Shown one piece after another: positions 9,256 through 18,945 of a stretch of 41,874 nt of DNA. The stretch is taken from NCBI GenBank assembly GCA_043822705.1, contig JBDRBK010000099.1, positions 1 through 41,874 of the forward strand. Direction: 5' to 3'. Position 1 is the stretch's first letter, and each line of letters begins with the position of its first letter. The DNA is from Fidelibacterota bacterium. GTDB lineage: Bacteria; Fidelibacterota; Marinisomatia; Marinisomatales; TCS56. The translations under genes and the position numbers were made by a program. The notes under the pieces were generated by a model. It was not told the origin of the DNA and did no database searches. It worked only from the letters and a program-made list of their open reading frames with translations.

Positions 9256-10325
9256 TGATCAGTACGATTCGCGAACTGATCGGCGCGGATACTGTATTTG
9301 ACCTGACCCTGACGGTTCTGATCGTTGTCATCGCCGTCCTGTTGGTGATAACAATCATCCTGGGATTGGCCGTACTACTGCTGCGCTATAAAAACTACCT
9401 GACGGCGCGGCGTCTGAATCGTCTCGAAGATCAATGGTCCGCGCTGATCTTTACGGCGATCGATTCCGGTACGGGGGAATTGCCAGCACAGACCATCAAA
9501 CGGAACCGGCAGCGCCTGTTTTTACAGTACCTGATGCGCTACGCCCGGCGCTTGCAGGGCGAAGAATTCGCGATCATCCGGCAACTGGCCCAGCCTTATC
9601 TGCCGATCCTGCTCGAGCGCTCCTGGCACGAAAATCCGGAAGACCGGGCCCGGTCGCTACAGATTATCGGGCGGTTCGGTTTCCAGGACTATTCCGATTA
9701 CCTGGTCGACGCCCTGGACGATCAGTCACCCATGATCGTGATGATCGCAGCCGCGGCGCTGGCCGGTACGAAATATCCTCAATATATCAACCCGATCCTG
9801 GCGGCGATTGCACATTTTGAACAATGGAATGTGAGCTACCTGGCCGCCCTGCTGGCCCGGTTCGGCCCCGAAGGAGCCGAATCACTGCGACGAACATTAA
9901 TAGATGCGACGGCACCGCTGCACATCCGAATCGCCGGTGCAGCGGCATTGGCCACCATCCGCGACCTGAGCGCCGGTGATCTGGCACTTGACCTGTTGCT
10001 GAAGACGGCCGACCCGGAGTTGCAGGCCGCCGCATTGCGGTTGTTACAGACCGTCGGCCGCCAGACGCACCTGGCGGGAATCCGGCAGTTCGCCACGGCA
10101 CCGGAGTTTATGGTCCGCGCCAACGCCTGCGCCGCCCTGGGCCGGATCGGTACCGACACCGATATCGATTATCTTCGCCGGGGATTGGATGATCCATCAA
10201 ACTGGGTCGCCTTCCACGCCGCCCATGGCTTGTTGAATCTGGGCGATCGGACTACCCTGCAGAATGTTGCCGAATCGGCCCATGCCCGCTCGGAGCTGGC
10301 CCGGCAAATCCTGGCGGAAAACTGA
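9255..10325 (+). CDS. Membrane-anchored HEAT-repeat protein
   Basis: One long N-terminal TM helix; repeats such as ALDDQSPMIVMIAAAALA, VRANACAALGRIG and LDDPSNWVAFHAAHGL. Confidence 0.85.
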   Translation: MISTIRELIGADTVFDLTLTVLIVVIAVLLVITIILGLAVLLLRYKNYLTARRLNRLEDQWSALIFTAIDSGTGELPAQTIKRNRQRLFLQYLMRYARRLQGEEFAIIRQLAQPYLPILLERSWHENPEDRARSLQIIGRFGFQDYSDYLVDALDDQSPMIVMIAAAALAGTKYPQYINPILAAIAHFEQWNVSYLAALLARFGPEGAESLRRTLIDATAPLHIRIAGAAALATIRDLSAGDLALDLLLKTADPELQAAALRLLQTVGRQTHLAGIRQFATAPEFMVRANACAALGRIGTDTDIDYLRRGLDDPSNWVAFHAAHGLLNLGDRTTLQNVAESAHARSELARQILAEN

Positions 10326-10329
10326 CACG

Positions 10330-11757
10330 ATGACGATTATCATCAGAATTCTCCAGATACTGGTGGAGAACCTCAACTACCTGGTGCTGTTCTATTTCCT
10401 GGCTCTGAATCTGTTTTACCTGATCACAACAATCTTTGCTTTCTTCGCCCTGCGGGTCTACGCCCGGCGCCTGAAGGCAATTAATGTGGAAGAGCTGATC
10501 ACCACCGCCGGCGCCCCGCCGATTACTCTGCTGGCCCCGGCCTACAACGAGGAAGCAACCTGTGTCGAGTCGGTCCGGGCCCTGTTGGCACTGAATTATC
10601 CCGAATACGAAATTATCGTAATCAACGACGGCTCCGCCGATAATACGATGTCCCGATTGACCGAAGCATTCGATCTGCAACCGGCCGCCCGGGTGCCCAT
10701 GGCCGAGATACCGTCGGCGACTATCAAAGGACTGTATCGCAGCCAGCACCAGCCCAATCTGTGGGCCATCGATAAGGCCAACGGCGGCAAGGCCGATGCC
10801 CTGAACGCCGGCCTGAAATTCTGCCGCACCCCGCTCTTTTGCGCCATGGATGCCGACAGCATTCTCGAACGCGATGCCCTGATCCGGATTGTGCGCCCGT
10901 TCTTGGAAGACGCCCGGACGATTGCCGCCGGCGGTATCATCCGCATCGTCAACGACTGTACCATCAAGGCGGGAACGCTGATGGAAATCCGGTTGCCGAG
11001 GAATATCTGGGCCAAATTCCAGGTGCTGGAATATCTACGGGCGTTCCTTTCCGGCCGGATGGGCTGGAGCGCCCTGGACGCCACCCTGATTATTTCCGGG
11101 GCGTTCGGCATGTTCAAACGTCCGGCGGTGGTCGAAGTCGGCGGATATGCCACCGACACTGTCGGTGAGGATATGGAACTGGTGGTCCGGCTGCACCGCC
11201 GCTTCCGCGAGCAGCGGATACCCTATAAAATATCTTTCGTACCGGACCCGGTGGCCTGGACCGAATGCCCGGAATCGACCAAAATCCTCGGCCGCCAGCG
11301 GGATCGCTGGCAGCGCGGTTTATTCGAGGTGCTGACCCGTCACCGGATTATGTTCCTGAATCCCCGCTACGGCCGGATCGGGCTGCTGGCCTACCCCTAT
11401 TTCTACCTGCTGGAAATGCTGGGACCGGCCATCGAAATGCCCGGCTATGTCGCCTTTCTGGTAGCTTTAATTATGGGAACCGTTTCGGTGCCGTTTATCA
11501 TCGCCTTCTTCATGGCAGCATTTATTTTCGGTGTGGCTTTGTCGGTGTTCTCGGTGGCGCTGGAGGAACTGACCTTCCGCCGTTACCCCCGCACGATCGA
11601 CCTGTTAAAACTGTTTATGCTGGCAGTCGTGGAAAATTTCGGTTATCGCCAGTTGACGATTTACTGGCGCATGCACGGTTTTATATCCGCCTTGCGGAAG
11701 GTGCAGGGCTGGGGTAAAATGGAGCGCAAAGGATTTAAAACGGAGACCAGCACATGA
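10330..11757 (+). CDS. Processive family-2 glycosyltransferase (PgaC/IcaA-like polysaccharide synthase)
   Basis: PAYNEE, INDGS, NGGKADALN, DADS, TVGED and QRDRW (QxxRW), with flanking TM helices. Start moved to ATG 10330, just after the HEAT gene stop. Confidence 0.92.
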   Translation: MTIIIRILQILVENLNYLVLFYFLALNLFYLITTIFAFFALRVYARRLKAINVEELITTAGAPPITLLAPAYNEEATCVESVRALLALNYPEYEIIVINDGSADNTMSRLTEAFDLQPAARVPMAEIPSATIKGLYRSQHQPNLWAIDKANGGKADALNAGLKFCRTPLFCAMDADSILERDALIRIVRPFLEDARTIAAGGIIRIVNDCTIKAGTLMEIRLPRNIWAKFQVLEYLRAFLSGRMGWSALDATLIISGAFGMFKRPAVVEVGGYATDTVGEDMELVVRLHRRFREQRIPYKISFVPDPVAWTECPESTKILGRQRDRWQRGLFEVLTRHRIMFLNPRYGRIGLLAYPYFYLLEMLGPAIEMPGYVAFLVALIMGTVSVPFIIAFFMAAFIFGVALSVFSVALEELTFRRYPRTIDLLKLFMLAVVENFGYRQLTIYWRMHGFISALRKVQGWGKMERKGFKTETST

Positions 11758-13091
11758 TCAACCGGCTTGGATTTTTTCGATTGCTGATTCTGATATCACT
11801 ACTCGGCGGCACCCTGTCCGCACAGGAGGCGCTGGCGGCCCCACCGACCGGCTTCTCCCTGGAACAGGCCCGGAGGCTGCTGGACGCCGGGCAATTCGAA
11901 GCGGCGGTCGTCGCCTTCAATCTGCTGGCGATGCTCGATTCGAGCAACTATGATTATCTGTACGGCGCAGCGCGGGCCAATTCGTTTGCCGGTAATGACA
12001 GTGCCGCCCTGGACTTTTACGCGCGCCTTTTGCGTACCTTTCCCGGCGATGCCGACGCGCTGCTGGCCCGGGGACGGGTGTACGCCTGGCAAAAACAGTA
12101 CAGTAACGCCGAAAACGATTTATTGCAGGTGCTCCGGGACCATCCCGACTACCTGGACGCCTGGTCGGCCCTGACCGATCTGTATATCTGGTGGGCTCGG
12201 CCGGATTCGGCCATTATGGCCTGTTCCAACTGGATCGACCGGGCGCCGCTGGATCCCGACCCGTTGCTCCAGCGGGCTGGTATTCAGCGCAGCCGGAATA
12301 ATTACCCGAAAGCGCGGCAGGATCTGCTGGCCGCACTCCGGCTCGGCGGCGACCGGAGCATTATCGACGAACAACTCGCAACCTTGCAGCGCAGCAGCGG
12401 ATCGACTCCCTGGGCGGCTCAGATTAATCTGCAACAGGAACGGTTTTATATTTCCGCCCGCAACCGGTCTACTACCAGCGCCGGAATCAAGCGGGAATTT
12501 GAAAAAGCAACGGTGATCATCGACGCTATGCGCGTGGCACGCGGGGATGACCGGGACGGGGCGATCGCCATCGACACCTATTTCGACGGCTGGTCGCGGT
12601 CCTACGGCAACTGCTTTATACAAATCGCCCCGCAGCGGAAGTTTCTGCCGCACAGCAGCGGTTACCTGGAATTGTACCAGGGCTTCGGCCACGGTTGGGA
12701 AATATCCGGACGCTACGGGCATATGAATTTCCCGGGTACGCAGGTCGACCTGTACAGTCTGATGCTGGCAAATTACTGGCAGGACTGGTACCTGCGCCTG
12801 CGAACCCAATGGGTGCCAGCCGCCGGCGGAACCGAGTATTCATTCACTCTATCAGCCCGGCGCTATTTCAGTCTGGCCGAAGATTTTATCGATTTCAGCG
12901 CCGGTTGGAGCAGTCTTCCGGAGACGATCATGGCCGCCGATGATTTATTACGACCGGTCGCGCGGGTTTATCTTCTGCACGGTGAAAAACTGCTGATTGA
13001 AAAATATATTATTGCACTGATCGCCGGTTACCGGCAGGAACAAAACAACGATTCGGTCACCCTGGCAATCGGATTGGTTTATCGCTGGTAA
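11754..13091 (+). CDS. TPR + YaiO-family outer-membrane beta-barrel (putative polysaccharide export pore)
   Basis: Signal peptide, TPR helices, beta-strand-rich C-terminal half (FLPHSSGYLELYQGFGHGWEISG) and terminal aromatic residue (GLVYRW). Confidence 0.8.
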   Translation: MINRLGFFRLLILISLLGGTLSAQEALAAPPTGFSLEQARRLLDAGQFEAAVVAFNLLAMLDSSNYDYLYGAARANSFAGNDSAALDFYARLLRTFPGDADALLARGRVYAWQKQYSNAENDLLQVLRDHPDYLDAWSALTDLYIWWARPDSAIMACSNWIDRAPLDPDPLLQRAGIQRSRNNYPKARQDLLAALRLGGDRSIIDEQLATLQRSSGSTPWAAQINLQQERFYISARNRSTTSAGIKREFEKATVIIDAMRVARGDDRDGAIAIDTYFDGWSRSYGNCFIQIAPQRKFLPHSSGYLELYQGFGHGWEISGRYGHMNFPGTQVDLYSLMLANYWQDWYLRLRTQWVPAAGGTEYSFTLSARRYFSLAEDFIDFSAGWSSLPETIMAADDLLRPVARVYLLHGEKLLIEKYIIALIAGYRQEQNNDSVTLAIGLVYRW

Positions 13092-14278
13092 TGCCGGAAA
13101 GTACATCCAGAAAAATCATCCGCTATGTCCGCCTGCCTTTTGAGGTTCGACTGCTCCGGCTTATTTTTACCGTTCTGGTGGTCGTGCCGCTCACCATGTG
13201 GCTGGCCTGGCTGTTACTCCCCGCCACCAACCTGGATATTTTTATTGTCGATAAAGCCGTCTTCGACGACAGTTACCAGGAGCACCGCTCACTGAACTGG
13301 GTCCTGACCAATGAGAAAATCACCCGGCCCACTGGCAATCCCTACCGCGTCGACCGGGATTACTGGGGTGTATTCCCGCTGCCGGAAAAACAGTTCAGCG
13401 TCCGCGACATCGCCGGGTATGATACGACCCGGATCGACAGTCTTGCCTCGGCTCTGGACCTGGCCTATTTTGCGGAGTCCTACGGTTTGTACCGGTCGGA
13501 ATGGCTGGGAATCGTCGAAGACCCTCCCACACTACTGTACGGCGGGTTGCTCGATGAAGAAGTCGAATTACTGCGCGCATTGAAAACCAGGGGCAAGACG
13601 ATCGTCGCCGAATTCAGTTTTTTAGCCCCGCCGACAAGCTGGCGGAACCGGGAAAGGATTCAGGAAAGTTTCAATCTGACCTGGTCCGGCTGGACCGGTA
13701 AATACCTGGAATCGCTGGATACGCTGGACAATCCCGAATTGCCGAACTGGGTAGTGCGGTTGTACCGGGAGCAGCACCGGGGCGATTGGCCGTTTTCCGA
13801 ATCGGGAATTGTTTTGGTGGATTTCCGCGGCCCGATCGTGATCCTGGAAAACCGAACCCATTTGACACAATCGGTGCCAACAATCGAAACCGAATACAAC
13901 GAACGTAAACTGATCAATCTGCCGCGGCATATCGAATACCCCTACTGGTTTGACATAACCTACGGAAACCCTGATTCCAACCAAGTGATTTCCTGGTACC
14001 GTCTGCACACCAATGCAGCCGGTGATTCGATCCTGGCCGCCCACCGGATTCCACCGCACTTCCCGGCGGTGATCGCCCATCGGGGACCGGATTACACGTT
14101 CTATTATCTGGCGGGCGATTTCAGCGATAATCCGGTCAGGTTAGCCAGCGCCAAGCTGCGCTGGATTTACTGGTTCCAGACCTTCTTCCACAACCCGCAG
14201 ATCGCCACTGACCGGCGGGATTTTTTCTGGCGCTATTACCGACCATTGATTGTGCACATCCTGCGAACGGTCGACTGA
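13091..14278 (+). CDS. Membrane-anchored periplasmic protein of unknown function, last gene of the EPS module
   Basis: N-terminal TM; translationally coupled (TAATG); aromatic-rich with WSGWTGKY, YPYWFDI and YYLAGDFSD. Confidence 0.75.
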   Translation: MPESTSRKIIRYVRLPFEVRLLRLIFTVLVVVPLTMWLAWLLLPATNLDIFIVDKAVFDDSYQEHRSLNWVLTNEKITRPTGNPYRVDRDYWGVFPLPEKQFSVRDIAGYDTTRIDSLASALDLAYFAESYGLYRSEWLGIVEDPPTLLYGGLLDEEVELLRALKTRGKTIVAEFSFLAPPTSWRNRERIQESFNLTWSGWTGKYLESLDTLDNPELPNWVVRLYREQHRGDWPFSESGIVLVDFRGPIVILENRTHLTQSVPTIETEYNERKLINLPRHIEYPYWFDITYGNPDSNQVISWYRLHTNAAGDSILAAHRIPPHFPAVIAHRGPDYTFYYLAGDFSDNPVRLASAKLRWIYWFQTFFHNPQIATDRRDFFWRYYRPLIVHILRTVD

Positions 14279-14284
14279 TCCTTT

Positions 14285-15055
14285 TCAGATATAATAACGG
14301 TCTTTATCCACCTCATCGCGCAGGATACGTAATTCTTCGTCGGTAGGCGGAGCATTGGTCCCGATTTCGTCGGGGATGATCAGGTCGAAGGCGGTGTTTT
14401 CGATAACATCCGCCACGGATACGCCGGGATTCACGGCCAGCAGTTTCATCCACTTGGTCTCTTCGTCAAAACCCAGGATAGCCAGACCGGTGACCACCCG
14501 ATAGGGACCGGTTCCGGGCGGCAGTCCGGCCGCTTCCCGCGCCCCGGGTCCGCTCAGGTAGCCGGGTGTGGTAATGAAATCCACCTTGGGTATGAAACGC
14601 TGCCGGCCATGCTGCATGATGATGATCGTCCGCCAGCAGGTCGAGCCGACGTCGTTGGCGCCGCCGGAGCCGGGCAGACGCACCTTGGGATGTTCGTGGT
14701 CGCTGCCGATCATGGTCGAATTCAGGTTGCCGTACATGTCGATCTGGGCCCCGCCCAGAAAACCATATTCCACGAAACCGCGGGTGGCCGTTTCCATGAT
14801 ATCACAGATGCCGGCCGCCGCCAGTCCGCGGTTGAAAGTGCGCATGTCCCCGACCGCCAACGGCAGTTTATCCAACTGGGCGCCGACGCCGCCAAACTCG
14901 AAAATCGAAATCAGGTTGGGGGCGTGCATCCGCTGGGCCAGGGCCGCTGCCAGCATCGGGATGCCGGTGCCGATGAAACAGGTGGCATTGTCGGCCATCA
15001 GCCGGGCCGAGATGCAAATCAGTAATTCCGATGGATTATAACGCTGTTCGCTCAT
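14285..15055 (-). CDS. Family I CoA-transferase beta subunit (glutaconate CoA-transferase GctB-like)
   Basis: FIGTGIP, IFEFG (candidate catalytic Glu), GFLGGAQIDMYGNLNST and RLPGSGGAND. Start placed at ATG 15055 (MSEQRY). Confidence 0.9.
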   Translation of the reverse strand: MSEQRYNPSELLICISARLMADNATCFIGTGIPMLAAALAQRMHAPNLISIFEFGGVGAQLDKLPLAVGDMRTFNRGLAAAGICDIMETATRGFVEYGFLGGAQIDMYGNLNSTMIGSDHEHPKVRLPGSGGANDVGSTCWRTIIIMQHGRQRFIPKVDFITTPGYLSGPGAREAAGLPPGTGPYRVVTGLAILGFDEETKWMKLLAVNPGVSVADVIENTAFDLIIPDEIGTNAPPTDEELRILRDEVDKDRYYI

Positions 15056-15056
15056 T

Positions 15057-16040
15057 TTACTGCCCCTCCCGCAAGCGCAATTGTTCCAACCGGTCCGCTC
15101 CCACCAGTTCCAGGTAATCGCGATGGTCCCGCGGCTCATAAATCCAGCGATTTAGGTAATCCGCCACCGGGGCCGTATCCTTGGAGCGGGCGACATAATC
15201 CCGGATATGGGCTTCGTCGCGCTCGTAGCAATAACTCATTTCACCGGGATGGGCACCGAAGGGCGCCTCGACGACGGCGTCGACCAGGTAGTAGGGAATG
15301 AGCGTCCGGTCCGGCCGCTGGCGGGTGAGATCGACATCGACAATTTCCTCGGCGGATATAATCAGCCGTTTGGAGGCCCGCGCCATTTCGGCGGCGAAAC
15401 CGGAGATGCCGTCGATCTGGGCGTTGCCGTACTTGTCGGCCCGGTGGACATGGATCAAGCCCACGTCGAGGATCAACGCCGGCAGCAGACAGACCTTCAT
15501 CCCGGTGAAGGGACATTCGGCCACTTTGGCGGCGCTGTACTTGAATGTGTCGGTGCCCAGCATGACCCGCGTCGGCAGGAAGGGCACGCCCATGGCGGCG
15601 GCCTTGAAACGCCAGGACAGGGCGGCATTGGACCATTCCACCACCTTTTCGACATAGCCCCCCTCCACCGAGCGCCGGGCGCTGGCGGAGAGTCCGTAGA
15701 CCTCGAACCCGATGTAGGTCCAGTCCAGTTTTTTGATCGCATTGGCAGCCGCCAGCAGATCCGATTCATAGACACCCTGGCCGGCACAGCGTAATTCCTT
15801 ATAACCCTGGCGGATCACTTCCCGCACCAGCGACATTGGCGCCCGCACGGTGCCGTACAGTTCGATCCCGATATAGTCGCCATCCTTCAGGAATGTAACG
15901 ATCGCCTCCTGCTCGGTCATTACTTTGTCGACCAGCGCCTTGGATTTTTGGGTGCGGTTCCACTCCCGGAAGGCGTCCAAATCCGGTGGCTGAATCAGTT
16001 CACCGGTTCCACTGTCCAAAATATTCATTCGATTCCCCAT
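15057..16040 (-). CDS. Family I CoA-transferase alpha subunit (GctA-like)
   Basis: AAAMGVPFLP, DVGLIHVHRADKYGNAQI, IISAEEIV and VVEAPFGAHP. Confidence 0.9.
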   Translation of the reverse strand: MGNRMNILDSGTGELIQPPDLDAFREWNRTQKSKALVDKVMTEQEAIVTFLKDGDYIGIELYGTVRAPMSLVREVIRQGYKELRCAGQGVYESDLLAAANAIKKLDWTYIGFEVYGLSASARRSVEGGYVEKVVEWSNAALSWRFKAAAMGVPFLPTRVMLGTDTFKYSAAKVAECPFTGMKVCLLPALILDVGLIHVHRADKYGNAQIDGISGFAAEMARASKRLIISAEEIVDVDLTRQRPDRTLIPYYLVDAVVEAPFGAHPGEMSYCYERDEAHIRDYVARSKDTAPVADYLNRWIYEPRDHRDYLELVGADRLEQLRLREGQ

Positions 16041-16344
16041 TCAGTTTCAGCGTTCAACTTGATTAAAATATAAGTAAATGAATTTAAAATGGCTGCCAAT
16101 TTGATGTGGTAATTAATTAACAGTACCGGCATTCCCGCCGGTCCACAACCCATTGCACCGCAGATCAATTCTTCCACCAATTGGAATGATATTTTGAACT
16201 GAATACATCACCGGTGCACTATCCCGGAACAGTTAAGTAGCGGTAACTTTATTGATTCAGAAATATCTGAGCGATATATTCAGCAGTGATGAGAGGGATA
16301 ATATTATTTTTCATAACCTCGCAATAATTCTTCATAAATAGTTT

Positions 16345-17023
16345 TTAGGCTGATACCTACAGTGGTTACCCACAGAAAGGGTTGAGCGAGATGGGATTAC
16401 AAGAAAGTTGGATCAATTTCCTCCACCGGGCAGCGACGGGCACCAAAAAGACCCGGACACTTCTTACGCCGATCGGTGTGATGATCTTCTGCACGTTCGC
16501 GACATTGTTTGTGTTCGCCGCAATCATTGTCGACAGGCTGCTACATCTGCCCCGCCTTTTGCCTGAAGGAGCCAGGCTTCCACTATCAATACCAGTGATG
16601 ACGCTAGGGGTTGCAATTACCGCTTGGTCTGCGTTTCATTTTCTGAAAGTGAGGGGAACGCCGGTGCCCTTCAATCCGCCCCCTCAAGTGGTTAAGACCG
16701 GCCCCTATCGGTACACCAGAAATCCGATGCTTACGGGGGTCGTCCTGTTTTTATTCGGCGTAGGATTCGGTGTCAACTCTGTTTCGCTCGTGTTCTTCTT
16801 CACGCCACTATTCATTTTGATCAATGTGTGGGAACTGAAGCAGATTGAGGAGCCTGAACTGATGAAGCGTTTGGGAGATGAGTACATCGAATATCGAAGC
16901 CAAACTCCAATGTTTCTACCAGGGTTCAGACCAAGAACGAAGTCGAATGCCTAATAAAGTGCTTGAAGGGACTGTTGCTGCCGGCGCCCGCATCTCAATC
17001 GCCACTTAGCTCGGGCATTGCAC
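16345..17023 (+). mobile_element. Possible solitary integron-type gene cassette with degenerate attC
   Basis: TTAGGC at 16345-16350 before the ORF; complementary GCCTAA(T) overlapping the stop at 16949-16955; then an attC-like layout GCCTAAT-AAAGT-GCTTGAAGGGAC...GCCACTTAGC-TCGGGC-ATTGCAC. Confidence 0.45.
16391..16954 (+). CDS. Isoprenylcysteine carboxyl methyltransferase/PEMT family membrane protein
   Basis: GTPVPFNPP, TGPYRYTRNPM and EEPELMKRLGDEYIEYRSQTPMFLP. Confidence 0.9.
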   Translation: MGLQESWINFLHRAATGTKKTRTLLTPIGVMIFCTFATLFVFAAIIVDRLLHLPRLLPEGARLPLSIPVMTLGVAITAWSAFHFLKVRGTPVPFNPPPQVVKTGPYRYTRNPMLTGVVLFLFGVGFGVNSVSLVFFFTPLFILINVWELKQIEEPELMKRLGDEYIEYRSQTPMFLPGFRPRTKSNA

Positions 17024-17141
17024 ATATCGGCAATTATTCAATAGGTTGACATAAGGCACTTACGACCTCGTTGTATCTGAAATAATCAGAGTATGATTTG
17101 TTAACTCACTCGCTAAAGTAAAGCCGTCAATTATTATAGCA

Positions 17142-17160
17142 ATTAGTAACGATTACTGTT
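17142..17160. promoter_or_regulatory. Putative PerR/Fur-family operator
   Basis: Inverted repeat AGTAA-CGA-TTACT (17145-17157) abutting the -35 of the perR promoter. Confidence 0.55.
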
Positions 17161-17161
17161 A

Positions 17162-17190
17162 TTGATTTGTATTAAATAATATTCTAAGTT
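17162..17190 (+). promoter_or_regulatory. Putative promoter of perR-ahpC
   Basis: TTGATT-N17-TAAGTT, followed by an AAGGAG RBS. Confidence 0.5.
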
Positions 17191-17213
17191 CGACGGTAAC
17201 AAAAGGAGCAACA

Positions 17214-17588
17214 ATGCGCTACAGCCGACAACGGGAAGAAATATTGAATATCGTGCGGTTGAACCCGGTTCACCCCACCGCCGACTGGGTTTATGAGCAA
17301 GCCCGGAAATCCATACCAAATATTAGTCTGGGCACGGTTTATCGCAACCTGAATCAGCTGGTCCAAAACCGGCAGGTCCGGGCGGTCAAGTTTGAAGGTT
17401 GCGTGCACTACGACGGCAATCTCCACGATCATGTTCACTTCACTTGCTCCGAATGCCAAAATATATTCGATGTTCAGCACTCAATCGACGACCTGCTGAA
17501 CCAATTCAGTCCCAATTGCGACCACCTTATAACCGGCGGACGGCTCGAACTCACCGGTATCTGCAAAAATTGTCAAACACTAAACTAA
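17214..17588 (+). CDS. perR: Peroxide-responsive Fur-family repressor PerR
   Basis: HPTADWVY, SLGTVYRNL, YDGNLHDHVHFTCSECQNIFD (Asp at the PerR-type position) and CKNC; upstream of ahpC and sodB. Confidence 0.82.
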   Translation: MRYSRQREEILNIVRLNPVHPTADWVYEQARKSIPNISLGTVYRNLNQLVQNRQVRAVKFEGCVHYDGNLHDHVHFTCSECQNIFDVQHSIDDLLNQFSPNCDHLITGGRLELTGICKNCQTLN

Positions 17589-17606
17589 CGTAAAAGAGGA
17601 AATAAA

Positions 17607-18251
17607 ATGCTGGTAACCAAACCCGCCCCCGATTTCACCGCCCAGGCGATCATGCCCGACAATTCTTTCAAGGAAATCAATCTGGCCGACTATAAAGGCA
17701 AAAAAGTGGTCCTGTTCTTTTATCCCCTGGATTTCACTTTTGTCTGTCCGACCGAAATCATCGCTTTCGATCATCGCTTAGCCGAATTTGAGAAACGCGG
17801 GGTCCAGGTACTGGGTTGCTCGGTCGATTCCCAGTACAGTCACTGGGCCTGGAAAAATATCGTTGAAAAGAACGGTGGAATCGGCAATGTGCGTTATCCG
17901 CTGATTGCCGACCTGAACAAATCCATCGCCCGCGCCTACGACGTGCTGGTGGGATCGGAAGAAGCTTTCGTAGCCACCGATGCCGGCGAATTCAATACTT
18001 CCGTCGGTGGCGGCGTCGCCCTGCGGGCTTCATTCCTGATCGATGAAGAAGGAATCGTGCGGCATGCCGTGATCAATGATCTGCCGCTGGGGCGGAATGT
18101 CGATGAAATGCTGCGGATGGTGGACGCCCTGACATTCAATCAGCGGCATGGCGAAGTCTGTCCCGCCGGCTGGGAAGATGGTCAGGATGGAATGAAAGAC
18201 ACCGCCGAAGGCGTCGCCAGTTATTTGAATAAACACGCAAGCGACCTGTAA
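17607..18251 (+). CDS. ahpC: 2-Cys peroxiredoxin (AhpC/Tsa family)
   Basis: [13 protein letters not shown] and GEVCPAGW. Confidence 0.95.
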   Translation: MLVTKPAPDFTAQAIMPDNSFKEINLADYKGKKVVLFFYPLDFTFVCPTEIIAFDHRLAEFEKRGVQVLGCSVDSQYSHWAWKNIVEKNGGIGNVRYPLIADLNKSIARAYDVLVGSEEAFVATDAGEFNTSVGGGVALRASFLIDEEGIVRHAVINDLPLGRNVDEMLRMVDALTFNQRHGEVCPAGWEDGQDGMKDTAEGVASYLNKHASDL

Positions 18252-18267
18252 GCTTGTTTGCGCACCA

Positions 18268-18302
18268 GCGGGTGGCGGGGTTCGCCCTTCCCCGTGACCC
18301 GC
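18268..18302 (+). terminator. GC-rich hairpin between ahpC and sodB (terminator or mRNA-stabilising stem)
   Basis: GCGGGTGGCGGGG pairs with CCCCGTGACCCGC; weak U tract. Confidence 0.4.
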
Positions 18303-18361
18303 ACTTACTGTCTTTTCGGCTGATTTGCATTTAAATTCCAATTTATCAGGAGAACAGAAAA

Positions 18362-18943
18362 ATGGAACATCAATTACCAAAACTGCCTTGGGGCGATACG
18401 GCCCTGGAACCACATATTTCCCGGGAAACGATCGCCTATCATTACGGCAAGCACCACCAGGCCTATGTGACCAATCTGAATATACTCGAGCCCGGTACCG
18501 AGTTTGAAAATCTGACGCTGGTCGAGATCATCAAGCAGGCACCCGCCGGTGGGATATTCAACAATGCCGCCCAGGTCTGGAATCATTCCTTCTACTGGAA
18601 CTGCCTCAGTCCCAAAGGCGGCGGCGAACCAGCCGGCGCTTTGGCCAAGGCGATCGGCAAGGCTTTCGGATCGTTCGCTGATTTCAAGGAAAAATTCACC
18701 GCTTCGGCGGCTACCAATTTCGGCTCCGGCTGGACCTGGCTGGTGAAAAACGCCGCCGGTGGGCTTGAGATAGTAAATACCGCCAATGCCGGCACACCGC
18801 TTACCACTGACAAAAAGCCACTGCTGACCGTCGATGTCTGGGAACACGCTTACTACGTTGATTACCGGAATGCCCGCCTGGAATACCTGAAAAGCTTCTG
18901 GAACCTGGTCAACTGGGAATTCGTGGCAGCCAACTTAGGTTAG
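18362..18943 (+). CDS. sodB: Fe-superoxide dismutase
   Basis: [16 protein letters not shown] (Fe-type AQ signature) and DVWEHAYY. Confidence 0.95.
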   Translation: MEHQLPKLPWGDTALEPHISRETIAYHYGKHHQAYVTNLNILEPGTEFENLTLVEIIKQAPAGGIFNNAAQVWNHSFYWNCLSPKGGGEPAGALAKAIGKAFGSFADFKEKFTASAATNFGSGWTWLVKNAAGGLEIVNTANAGTPLTTDKKPLLTVDVWEHAYYVDYRNARLEYLKSFWNLVNWEFVAANLG

Positions 18944-18945
18944 CT

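Noticed and set aside
10264..10329. Longer GT2 start from the ORF track
   Set aside because: Overlaps the HEAT gene; ATG 10330 right after its stop is more plausible
15056..15139. Extended N-terminus of the CoA-transferase beta subunit
   Set aside because: Overlaps the alpha subunit; ATG 15055 directly follows the alpha stop and has a GGAGG-like RBS
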